From contig DBQE01000003.1 in assembly GCA_002305085.1 (NCBI GenBank), positions 5,826 to 69,825 of the forward strand: 64,000 bases of DNA, given 5' to 3'. A program made the position numbers and the translations under genes. How positions within the stretch are numbered: position 1 is the stretch's first letter; every line of letters begins with the position of its first letter. A model generated the notes under the pieces. That model was not told where the DNA came from and ran no database searches. It saw only the letters and a program-made list of their open reading frames with translations. Below, in pieces: positions 9,560 through 18,458 of this stretch. Source of the stretch: Bacteroidales bacterium UBA1402. Its GTDB lineage: Bacteria; Bacteroidota; Bacteroidia; Bacteroidales; UBA1402.

Positions 9560-10618
9560 TTATAAAAACTTATATGGTACCACCCCATTATAATTCATAT
9601 AAATCAGCAAAAAGTAATAGATTGACAAGCTCGCCAATGTAAATATACCTCTTCTTGTTGTCAATACTTTTCTTTTTCCAATAATTGCAGGAATTGCGAT
9701 AATTCCAGCCGGCAGGAAGTATTGAGCCACTCTGAAAAGATAATTGAAATTAATGGAGACATTGTAAAAACAAATCCCCAATATCCAAATCGTAAAATAG
9801 ATATTAGAAACTTCTTTCTCTGCGGAAAAAATTAAATAAATACAAAGAAATGACATCAATAAAAGTGGAATTGACGTGATTAAAATCATTCTAGAAGTGA
9901 ACTCGTTTTCTACTAGCAAATAATAAGCGTAATAACCTCCAAGCACATCCAAATTGGCAATAGCTGAAAATATTTTCAAATCCAACCCAGAAAGAGGAAT
10001 GACAAAAGACAAAGTTATTAATGCAAACGCAGTGTGTCTATTCATTTTGAATTTTAAAAAGTATAATAGCCCAATAACAGATAAAAGCAAGGCAGTAGAA
10101 TGAAAGAAAGAAGCTAATACGCAAAAAATTAAATACTTTATAATATTCCTTTCTTGTCCTTCAAGATATTTTAATGCATACAAAAAAATTGAGGCTGCCG
10201 TCGCTTGTCTAATCACATTAAACGATGCAAAATAAACACACATTATCAGATATAAAACAACTGAGAAAATTTTATCTTCACTCTTTTGTTTTATAGTTAG
10301 CGTTGTAAATGTAAATATGACAAGGGCGCACAACAAATTAACAAACGTAAATTGCATCCCTAAGGTCTTCGATGCATTAGTAAACGCATTAAAGCCCACC
10401 TCAATGTTTGTTGATAAAAAATCTTCGTCACTAAAAGACTTATTAGACCAGTTGGTATCGTATGAATATTTATAATTATAACCGTAATCGGTTCCAACCT
10501 CATATCCTCTGAATACGTTTAATAAGAACAGAATAGCCAACATAAGAACATAATTACTCTGTTTCTTAATAAGTAAGAAAACCATGAATAAGATGAAGAG
10601 TAATATATAAATTATCAT
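9560..10618 (-). CDS. EpsG-family / Wzy-like polysaccharide polymerase (polytopic membrane protein)
   Basis: 352 aa, almost entirely hydrophobic segments (~10 TM by eye). Its position among the glycosyltransferases fits this role. Family assignment is by pattern only. Confidence 0.6.
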   Translation of the reverse strand: MIIYILLFILFMVFLLIKKQSNYVLMLAILFLLNVFRGYEVGTDYGYNYKYSYDTNWSNKSFSDEDFLSTNIEVGFNAFTNASKTLGMQFTFVNLLCALVIFTFTTLTIKQKSEDKIFSVVLYLIMCVYFASFNVIRQATAASIFLYALKYLEGQERNIIKYLIFCVLASFFHSTALLLSVIGLLYFLKFKMNRHTAFALITLSFVIPLSGLDLKIFSAIANLDVLGGYYAYYLLVENEFTSRMILITSIPLLLMSFLCIYLIFSAEKEVSNIYFTIWILGICFYNVSINFNYLFRVAQYFLPAGIIAIPAIIGKRKVLTTRRGIFTLASLSIYYFLLIYMNYNGVVPYKFL

Positions 10619-11616
10619 TAGCGAATATCAGCTTTAATGACGTAATACAATCCTTTTGCTATAACCAATGGATGATTCAGGAAAATATATGCAAACTTGC
10701 GCCATTCGGATATTGGGAAAACTCCACGCATAAATAGTTTCAGCATCTTTAAGTATGCCACACAATAGCGTCTTTGAGCCGTTATATTTTTAAAATAATA
10801 GTCAAGTGAGTGTTTTGCATCTTTAAATAGATAATACATTTGATACAGGATCGATTTTTGTACCAAATTATCTACTAACTTTGAATTGCCTGTGGATATA
10901 CCGACCGAATAACGGTAAGATGACATTTCCTCACGGATGCAATACACCTTGGATTTCCTCGCCAACGACATAAACAAACCATTATCCAAAATGGTCTGTT
11001 CGTCAGGATCCACCAAGGATTTTCTGTAACAAACTGTGCAGGTCATAATGAAAGGATAATTCCTCAGATAATAATCAAAGATATATCCGTCAACTATACG
11101 CGAGCGCAAACCTTTGTAGGGCTCAATGTTAGGAGTTTTAATTTCCTTGCCTAAACTATCAACATATTTAAAATAAGAATGTACCAAACCATAGTCTGGA
11201 TTTGATTCCATAAAGTCCACTTGTTTTTGTAATTTAAGTGGATCTATCCAGTAATCGTCACCTTCACAAGTTGCATAATATTTGCCCTTGGCACGACCCT
11301 TTTGAATTCTCCCAATCGTTCCATCTCTTTTAGAGTGTTGGTTTTCTAATTGATAAATAGGTTTGATTAACTGGGGGTATTTTTGTTCATACTCTCGTAC
11401 AATCCTTGCCGTATTGTCTGTTGATGCATCATCATGAATTAATATCTCAACAGGAAATGTTGTTTTTTGCATTAGGAATCCTTCGATTGTCCTTCGAATA
11501 TAATTTTCTTGATTATACGTAATGCAACTTATGCTAACGAATGGTATCGTTTCTTCGTTCCATTTTTGTAGAGTGATTTGTGTTGGATTGTTAAGAAATT
11601 TGAACATTTTTATCAT
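10618..11616 (-). CDS. glycosyltransferase family 2
   Basis: 332 aa with FVSISCITYNQENYIRRTIEGF...ILIHDDASTDNT. Confidence 0.8.
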   Translation of the reverse strand: MIKMFKFLNNPTQITLQKWNEETIPFVSISCITYNQENYIRRTIEGFLMQKTTFPVEILIHDDASTDNTARIVREYEQKYPQLIKPIYQLENQHSKRDGTIGRIQKGRAKGKYYATCEGDDYWIDPLKLQKQVDFMESNPDYGLVHSYFKYVDSLGKEIKTPNIEPYKGLRSRIVDGYIFDYYLRNYPFIMTCTVCYRKSLVDPDEQTILDNGLFMSLARKSKVYCIREEMSSYRYSVGISTGNSKLVDNLVQKSILYQMYYLFKDAKHSLDYYFKNITAQRRYCVAYLKMLKLFMRGVFPISEWRKFAYIFLNHPLVIAKGLYYVIKADIR

Positions 11617-11719
11617 AATATTGATTTACAGAACTATAATCTCAATGGGTTAACAACTTATATGAATTAGTTTTGACAGTTAAGGGCAAAAGACTTACAT
11701 TTATAATATCATAATCCAC

Positions 11720-11767
11720 AAAAAATTGGAGTTACTAACTTAGCTGGGACACGAAGTTAGCAACTCC
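11720..11767 (-). terminator. intrinsic-terminator-like hairpin inside the glycan operon
   Basis: On the minus-strand RNA: GGAGUUGCUAACUU, a 12-nt loop, AAGUUAGUAACUCC (14 bp including one G-U), then AAUUUUUUG. It lies in the 210-nt gap 11617..11826, by far the longest non-coding gap in the 33-kb locus. Confidence 0.55.
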
Positions 11768-11826
11768 ACAGAGACAAAGTTAATTAAAAACAAATTAGGT
11801 CTGGTTATGCAAACTGGTCTGCTTCT

Positions 11827-12831
11827 TTACTTACAACGAAGCACTGTCGCCCCCCAGCTCAAACCCACACCAAATCCAGCTAATAAAACATTACCTCTCA
11901 AGAGCCCCTCCTTCTGCGCTTCGCATAGGGCGATTGGGATAGTGCTAGAAACTGTATTCCCTACATTCTCCATATAAACATAGAATTTATCCTTATCTAT
12001 ACGAATAAGTTTTCTCAGATAATTAATCATGTATTTATTTGCTTGATGGAATACCCAAAGGTCTATATTATCTAGCTCCATATTTTCTTTCTTGAGAATT
12101 TGCTCAACCATTAAAGGTACTACATCTGCTGTAAAATTGAAAATAGCCCCACCATCCATATAGAGATTGTCATCCCACTGTGTATCACCATTTTCATTGA
12201 TAGTGTATGCTCCTGTTTTATCTGGATAACGAGCTCCACCTGTTTTTACTATTAGGGTCTCTGCACCAGATCCGTCCGTACCCAAAACAAATTCTCCAAT
12301 CTCTGCGAATCCATCTGTGGAAATTATCGATGCGGTTGCGGCATCTCCAAAGATTGTTTGGTTCCCTTTGTCATCGGGATGGATGTATTTCGTATATGTT
12401 TCAGAAGTAATGACTAGAACGTTTGTGGCAATATTAGAAATTATAAGACCTTTTGCTACCGCCAATCCATACTCATAGCCTGAACATCCAAGATTGATAT
12501 CAAAAGCTCCACAAGATGTTTTAAGGCCCAGACTATTTTGCAAAATACATGACGATGACGGGAGCTTATAATCTACACTCTGCGAGCATAACAGCAAGAA
12601 ATCGACCTTCTCGCGTAAACCTGTATTCATAGAAAAAAGTTTCTCAGCTGCTTGATGTGCCATATCTACGGCAGTTTCATCTATGCCAGCCAAATGTCTT
12701 TCAGAAATGCCGACCTTATTGGTTACCTTTTCCGCTGACCATTCAGGGAACTTTTCTGTAATCTGCTCGTTTGTTAGAATATTTTCCGGTAGATAGTATT
12801 CTATCGCTTTAATATATGCCTTTTTACCCAT
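11827..12831 (-). CDS. 3-oxoacyl-ACP synthase III (FabH-like) family protein (cassette B)
   Basis: 334 aa. Triad contexts are AFDINLGCSGYEYG, FHQANKYM and GNTVSSTIP. Confidence 0.85.
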   Translation of the reverse strand: MGKKAYIKAIEYYLPENILTNEQITEKFPEWSAEKVTNKVGISERHLAGIDETAVDMAHQAAEKLFSMNTGLREKVDFLLLCSQSVDYKLPSSSCILQNSLGLKTSCGAFDINLGCSGYEYGLAVAKGLIISNIATNVLVITSETYTKYIHPDDKGNQTIFGDAATASIISTDGFAEIGEFVLGTDGSGAETLIVKTGGARYPDKTGAYTINENGDTQWDDNLYMDGGAIFNFTADVVPLMVEQILKKENMELDNIDLWVFHQANKYMINYLRKLIRIDKDKFYVYMENVGNTVSSTIPIALCEAQKEGLLRGNVLLAGFGVGLSWGATVLRCK

Positions 12832-12838
12832 ATTCTCA

Positions 12839-13585
12839 TTAATTTAAGGTGTAGCCGCCATCAAGAAGCAAAGAGATGCCTGTTATCCAACAAGATGCAT
12901 CCGACAATAAATAAACAACCGCATAACCAACCTCTTCAGGCAGCCCATAACGTTTCATAGGATATCGTAACTTATCTGCTTCTAATTGGTCAGCATCTAT
13001 TATACTGTCATTAATTAATGGGGTTTCTATCATTCCCGGTGCAATCGTATTGACCCTAATCTTCTGAGGGGCAAGCTCTAATGCGGTTGCTTTTATAAAA
13101 CCTTCCAGTGCCCCTTTTGTTGCACCATATATTGAGCCACCCAAGTAACCACACTTCACACCAGAAATTGATGAAATAATGACGATGGATGACTCTTTAT
13201 GCAAACGCTTTTGCTGCACAAGAATCCTAACAAGTCTGATTACAGAAAAAGCGTTTGTATTAAATAATTGTTGAAGATCATCGTCTTCGGAAAACTTCAA
13301 CATCTTAATTTCTACAACCCCTGCACAACATACAACTCCATTCAATTTTGGAAGTTCTGATGAAAGACGCTCTATACTAGACAAATCAGCTAAATCAGCA
13401 ACAACCATTTGATGGCCTTCGCCTTCCAAACTATCTAATGTATGCTTAAGGCGAGATTGGTTACGTGCTGTTATTATACAAATGGCACCAGCTGCAGCAC
13501 ATTGCTGTGCGACAGCTTTGCCTATACCTGATGATGCTCCGGTAATAAGGATTGTCTTCCCTATTAATGAGAAAATTGATCGCAT
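12839..13585 (-). CDS. SDR family oxidoreductase, FabG-like (cassette B)
   Basis: 248 aa with ITGASSGIGKA, YGATKGAL (YxxxK) and NTIAPG. Confidence 0.85.
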   Translation of the reverse strand: MRSIFSLIGKTILITGASSGIGKAVAQQCAAAGAICIITARNQSRLKHTLDSLEGEGHQMVVADLADLSSIERLSSELPKLNGVVCCAGVVEIKMLKFSEDDDLQQLFNTNAFSVIRLVRILVQQKRLHKESSIVIISSISGVKCGYLGGSIYGATKGALEGFIKATALELAPQKIRVNTIAPGMIETPLINDSIIDADQLEADKLRYPMKRYGLPEEVGYAVVYLLSDASCWITGISLLLDGGYTLN

Positions 13586-13818
13586 TATTTCTTAGACACT
13601 ACGAGATTAAAAACGTCTTCGATAGTTATAGTGTCCTTGATGTCGGTTGCGGTCAACTTAACACCATACTTCTTATCAATCATGTTGAGGATTGCGAGCC
13701 CTATTAGGCTGCTCCACTCATCGAGATCCTCACGATAATTGGTTTCCGGTTTAAACTCGTCCAACTCCGTTTCGTCGAACTGATCTGCAAAATCTTCTAT
13801 AAATTTTTTGATATCCAT
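13585..13818 (-). CDS. acyl carrier protein (cassette B)
   Basis: 77-aa acidic protein with LDEWSSLIGLAIL, the same DEWSS core as the cassette A ACP. Its stop shares nt 13585 with the SDR start. Confidence 0.7.
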   Translation of the reverse strand: MDIKKFIEDFADQFDETELDEFKPETNYREDLDEWSSLIGLAILNMIDKKYGVKLTATDIKDTITIEDVFNLVVSKK

Positions 13819-13858
13819 GATTAAAACTTATTCAAATGCTAAGAGAGCATCCCTTATG

Positions 13859-14323
13859 TTAATAAAAATAGTATAAGTATATAATTGATCCTTCAAGTAC
13901 AGGCTTTTCTTGTCCTTCAATCTCAAACGTGCAATAAATATTGGCTTTGCAAATATCGCCTAAATCCATCGCTGATTTGAGTGTCACATTTAATCTTAAT
14001 CGGCTATTGGCAGGAACAATAGACTTAAATATCATTTTTTCTATCCCGTAATTAACTACTTGCTTAAGGTTGTTAACATGCAAAATTTGATTAAGTAAAC
14101 ATGGAAGAAATGATAATGTCAAGTATCCATGTGCTATTGTCGAATTATAAGGACTTTCATGTTTTGCCCGTTGTTCATCAACATGTATCCATTGGTGATC
14201 GAATGTAGCATCTGCAAATTTATTAATAATCTCTTGTGTCACTTCCAACCATTCAGACTGACCTAAGTTTTGCCCTTCAAGCTGTTGAAACTCTCTAACT
14301 GAATCGATAACGGTTTGTCTCAT
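13859..14323 (-). CDS. MaoC-like (R)-specific enoyl hydratase/dehydratase, hot-dog fold
   Basis: 154 aa with FADATFDHQWIHVDEQRAK...STIAHGYLTLSF, the hydratase-2 type motif. Confidence 0.75.
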   Translation of the reverse strand: MRQTVIDSVREFQQLEGQNLGQSEWLEVTQEIINKFADATFDHQWIHVDEQRAKHESPYNSTIAHGYLTLSFLPCLLNQILHVNNLKQVVNYGIEKMIFKSIVPANSRLRLNVTLKSAMDLGDICKANIYCTFEIEGQEKPVLEGSIIYLYYFY

Positions 14324-14326
14324 GTA

Positions 14327-14911
14327 TTAAAAATGTTTTGTCCAATCCATTGCCTCAACAATCTTTCTACGTTCTTCAGTTGGTTTTTCACGCATTCCAA
14401 TAAGCTTTACTGGATTTCCAAAGTAGATACCCCATGGTTTTAAATTTCGGTTTACAAGTGAATTAGCTCCAACTAGAGCTCCCTCACCAATGTTAACGCC
14501 TGGCATTACCACTGTTCCAGCACCTATATAGGCATCGTTTTCCACAGTGATATCTCCATACCTAATTTCAAAAGTATCGTCAGGTAATAATTGGCTGGTA
14601 TAAAAACCATTAAATTCGTAAGTCGAACTTAATAATTTAGAACCAGGCCCCAAAAACACTCTATCTCCCAATATAATGTTTGCTCCTCCTTCAAGTATGC
14701 AATGCCAAGTTATGCAACAGTATTTACCAATTTTAAGAGACTTACGACCGCTTAAAAAGGCATAGTCAAAAACTATGCAATGATCATCAATTTCTACACA
14801 TTCAGGAACATTAATTTTTGCTAACTGATATAGTCTAACATCTTCTCCACAATATTTCAATTTGTCTTTCACGTTAGCCCCCATGTATTCTGTAAACTTT
14901 ATACCTTTCAT
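14327..14911 (-). CDS. left-handed beta-helix (hexapeptide repeat) acyltransferase
   Basis: 194 aa with hexapeptide repeats IGAGTVVMPGVNIGEGALVGANSLV. Confidence 0.75.
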   Translation of the reverse strand: MKGIKFTEYMGANVKDKLKYCGEDVRLYQLAKINVPECVEIDDHCIVFDYAFLSGRKSLKIGKYCCITWHCILEGGANIILGDRVFLGPGSKLLSSTYEFNGFYTSQLLPDDTFEIRYGDITVENDAYIGAGTVVMPGVNIGEGALVGANSLVNRNLKPWGIYFGNPVKLIGMREKPTEERRKIVEAMDWTKHF

Positions 14912-14933
14912 ATCAATTACTAGTTAAGTTAAG

Positions 14934-16067
14934 TTAAGTTAGGTTTATTCTTTCATTTTCAGAAAAATATATAATTGAATTTGTACCGTAACAATCATTG
15001 TGTTCAAGAGGTTGAAGTTGATCTGATACTTTATTCTTTTGGTACAGCCAATTAAATTTTTCACAATCGTCAAATATCTTTTTTAAATATGCACTTTGAG
15101 TTGTAACAAAATATACTCCTGCAAAATTTTTCTTAAAAACACTATAATCAACCTCCGTAAATGAGTCTAAAGCAATGTTTATAGCACCTTTAATAATATT
15201 ATATCCTGTACTTAATTCAGTAAGTGGCCAAGCTATATGGTCACCTCCGGGTCGAGCGTTGAACTCAATCAAATATATTATATCATCAACAATCTTGATT
15301 TCTGTATGACACGCGGTATTATCAACACCGATGGCAGTAAGTCCCTCTGACAAAACCAACTCTATTTTCTTTCTCATCTCAGTAGAGATATCCGCAGGTT
15401 GATGATGGCCCAATTCGACACAATGTGGAGGCCCGGAACTGATTTTCTCTGTCACTTGTATTATATAGTGTTTACCCTTATAGGTTAAACTCTCCACGGA
15501 ATACTCTTGTCCACCTATAATAAATTCTTCGATTATTACAGGCGCCCCCCCGGAGTTGTCTTTTGCGTATTTATAAGCATCCAATAAATGCTGAGCCTTT
15601 TCTACAACTGTTATCCCTTTTTTCCCACCCTTATTTGTAGGTTTTATGATAATTGGATATTTAAAATCTATTTTATTTAATTCGCTGTCATCGCTTATGC
15701 GATAAAATGCTGGCTGGGCTATCTCTTTGATACCACGACAGATGATTCTATTTCTAAATTTATCAGTGATATACAAGGAGTTTTGATACGGCATACCCGG
15801 GGTTCCAATTTTCTCTGCTACATAAGCAGCAATAGATACTGTTAATTCTGTTGTTGCTATAGCTCCAGAAATGCGTTCTGCACGACAAATATCTACAATT
15901 GCATCTTTTTCAAAAATGGAAATATTGTGAAACACATCTACCTCTTCGTGAATGTAATCTGGCTCGCTGTTCGAAAAACAATGTGTAATAAGGCCCATTG
16001 AATGTGCATTATGACTAATAATCCATGCCATTCTGCCCGAACCTATTATTGCGAGTTTTTTATTCAT
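14934..16067 (-). CDS. ATP-grasp domain protein (carboxylate-amine ligase type), copy A
   Basis: 377 aa. PIIIKPTNKGGKKGITVV is a P-loop-like Lys segment and YLIEFNARPGG is the ATP-grasp C-terminal motif. Confidence 0.7.
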   Translation of the reverse strand: MNKKLAIIGSGRMAWIISHNAHSMGLITHCFSNSEPDYIHEEVDVFHNISIFEKDAIVDICRAERISGAIATTELTVSIAAYVAEKIGTPGMPYQNSLYITDKFRNRIICRGIKEIAQPAFYRISDDSELNKIDFKYPIIIKPTNKGGKKGITVVEKAQHLLDAYKYAKDNSGGAPVIIEEFIIGGQEYSVESLTYKGKHYIIQVTEKISSGPPHCVELGHHQPADISTEMRKKIELVLSEGLTAIGVDNTACHTEIKIVDDIIYLIEFNARPGGDHIAWPLTELSTGYNIIKGAINIALDSFTEVDYSVFKKNFAGVYFVTTQSAYLKKIFDDCEKFNWLYQKNKVSDQLQPLEHNDCYGTNSIIYFSENERINLT

Positions 16068-17154
16068 AATCGTTTATGATTTTTACTATCCTACTCATAT
16101 CATTCACATTGTATCTTTGATCGATTGGGATCATAAGAATGGTCGAATAGATTTCCTTTATGTTATCATTAATTAAAACATCATCTGTGTTTACCGGCCA
16201 TAGAATAGGTGCATATACATTATCTTGAGCGAGTTTTCTTTGTAAACATGCCCTGTCTCTGACATATATTGGGAAATAAAGAGGTGAAGTAGTAACATCA
16301 TCAATGTTGGAGCAAACTGATTTAACCTTGCCAGAATTAATATTTAAAAATAGATGTCGGTAGTTTTCTAATCTTCTCATCATAGATGTGTCTTTATTTT
16401 CCTTATCCATAATCATTAACGAAAAGTCTGACATTTTATGTAATGAGATGGTTTTTCCTGTTCCTGCAACAGCATCTTTATTAAGTCTTATTGATATGTT
16501 TTTTAACTCCTCGTCACCGGTATTAAAGTACTTACCTCTAAGATACATTGCATCTGTTTGTTTACTAACAAATTCACCGTTATTTTCTTTCGGTATTTCT
16601 ACTCCATCAAGATAATGAGACTCAACGAACCCACCATCTGGAATTTTAAACCACTTCCTGTAGCTTCCTGTGACGTAGTCAAAAATACTGTGTCTATTGG
16701 TAGTATATATACATTGTGTAATATCCTCCATTAATACACAACCTTTTAATTTTATTGTAGTAAGAGCATCTATTTCTTCCTGTTCTAATTCCATGCCATA
16801 AAAAGGATGCACAACAATCATAGTAGGTCCTACATCTTTGTACAATTTAATTAAATCAACTGTATCGATTCGCAGGTCTTTTCTTATGTTATAGTAAAAG
16901 CATTTCCAACCTTGCTGTACAAATGGATCTATAACTGTTTGACATGTGTATGCCGGTATTAAAACAATCTTATTGCTTTTTTCATACTTCTTTGCTACAG
17001 CATACATGGCTTCTCGACATAACGAATAGTTGATGCGTATATCGCTTCTTTGCTCATTTGTAGGCTGAATACCCTTTAATGCAATATCTTCAGAATAAAG
17101 AGGAAATATACTACCAATTTCTTTCATGTTCTCAGGACAGTTTTTTATTAACAT
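16060..17154 (-). CDS. divergent PLP-dependent (DegT-like, fold type I) enzyme, tentative
   Basis: 364 aa with VLIPAYTCQTV and GSYRKWFKIPDGG (candidate Schiff-base Lys) in the expected order. It overlaps the ATP-grasp A start by 8 nt. This is a weak call. Confidence 0.45.
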   Translation of the reverse strand: MLIKNCPENMKEIGSIFPLYSEDIALKGIQPTNEQRSDIRINYSLCREAMYAVAKKYEKSNKIVLIPAYTCQTVIDPFVQQGWKCFYYNIRKDLRIDTVDLIKLYKDVGPTMIVVHPFYGMELEQEEIDALTTIKLKGCVLMEDITQCIYTTNRHSIFDYVTGSYRKWFKIPDGGFVESHYLDGVEIPKENNGEFVSKQTDAMYLRGKYFNTGDEELKNISIRLNKDAVAGTGKTISLHKMSDFSLMIMDKENKDTSMMRRLENYRHLFLNINSGKVKSVCSNIDDVTTSPLYFPIYVRDRACLQRKLAQDNVYAPILWPVNTDDVLINDNIKEIYSTILMIPIDQRYNVNDMSRIVKIINDYE

Positions 17155-17248
17155 TCTTGTCTATTTCTGCATTCACCTTGACAGAATTATCTCCTAAATC
17201 TAGTGTTAGAATCAATGTCAACAGATTTATAAATTTATCGAATAATGC

Positions 17249-18448
17249 TTACGACTCACTGATAATAAGTTTCACATATTTGTCCATCGCTGCCATACAA
17301 TCATTCATGATATCAACCGAGGGAAAAGCCAACAGGATAACCCCGATAGCCGCATTGGCACCCTGAAAGGATTTGACCGATTCCCCGGGTTGTACGTATT
17401 GATGATATTCTTTCACGTATTGTTTAACTTCATCATTAATCTCAACATGGTTAAGGACTCCGTCTTTCAAAGAATGAACCACATAGTAGGCAGCAGCTCC
17501 ATTGTGATATTCAATAGAAGGCATCTGTTTAATATTCAAAGCATCCAATGTCGCTGAAACCATATCAAATCCGGTAGCATATCGAATAACCTGAGGAACA
17601 AAATTACCTCCGCTTCTAGGACCAATCTCCATAATGTACACATCGCCATTCTCTGCGATTCTTGCCTCAATATTGATTCCCCCATTTTTGAAACCAGACA
17701 TTTTTACAACGGAGGCTACGACCTTTTCAACAGTTTGGATGGTTTTTTCATCCCGTTCACTTGGCCAAGTCGTTGAGAAAGGAACAAAAGGATTCACCTT
17801 AGTATCATAATGGTGATCACCCAAATAGGTAAAAACCAAATTGCCATCGAACACAAAACCATCACCATGCAACTGCTTTCCCGAACCGACAACAAATTCC
17901 TCAATGATTATCCTTTTATTGCGCGAGAAAAATGAGGCATATTCAACGGCCTTCTGCAAGTCGTTCTCTGATATCACTTTGGAAACACCTTTGCTACCAG
18001 AAGAATCAGTTGGTTTGACGATAACAGGGAAATTCAAATTTTCGGTCAATGTCAAAGGGTCCCGATTTGCTGTAACACTGACACTCCTTGGAGCATTAAA
18101 CCCATTATCCAGCAAGAATTTTCTAAATAAATCCTTTTCAGAAAGAACTCGTATGCTATCATAAGAATTTCCCGGTAAACCTAGTTGTTCTGACACGTAC
18201 GCAGCGACTGGTGCAGCTGGGTCAGAAGCATAAGCAACAACATAGTCCAAGTGAAGGTCTCTGGCAAGTTCCAACACTTTTTCTCTATCTGTCGTACTCA
18301 CATTGTGATACTCATCTGCATATTTGTGACCCGGATTTTCAGGCAAATAATCACAAGTTATAACGTACCAACCTCTCCGTTTCGCTTCAAGAATGATAGG
18401 AATCTGGGCATAGGCTCCACCCAAAAAAAGGATGCGTTTAGTTTTCAT
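17249..18448 (-). CDS. ATP-grasp domain protein, copy B
   Basis: ORF 17249..18565 trimmed to the ATG at 18448 (MKTKRILFLGGAYAQIPII), 10 nt after the upstream stop. Motifs are VIVKPTDSSGSKGVSKV and YIMEIGPRSGG. Confidence 0.75.
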   Translation of the reverse strand: MKTKRILFLGGAYAQIPIILEAKRRGWYVITCDYLPENPGHKYADEYHNVSTTDREKVLELARDLHLDYVVAYASDPAAPVAAYVSEQLGLPGNSYDSIRVLSEKDLFRKFLLDNGFNAPRSVSVTANRDPLTLTENLNFPVIVKPTDSSGSKGVSKVISENDLQKAVEYASFFSRNKRIIIEEFVVGSGKQLHGDGFVFDGNLVFTYLGDHHYDTKVNPFVPFSTTWPSERDEKTIQTVEKVVASVVKMSGFKNGGINIEARIAENGDVYIMEIGPRSGGNFVPQVIRYATGFDMVSATLDALNIKQMPSIEYHNGAAAYYVVHSLKDGVLNHVEINDEVKQYVKEYHQYVQPGESVKSFQGANAAIGVILLAFPSVDIMNDCMAAMDKYVKLIISES

Positions 18449-18458
18449 ACTGTAGACC

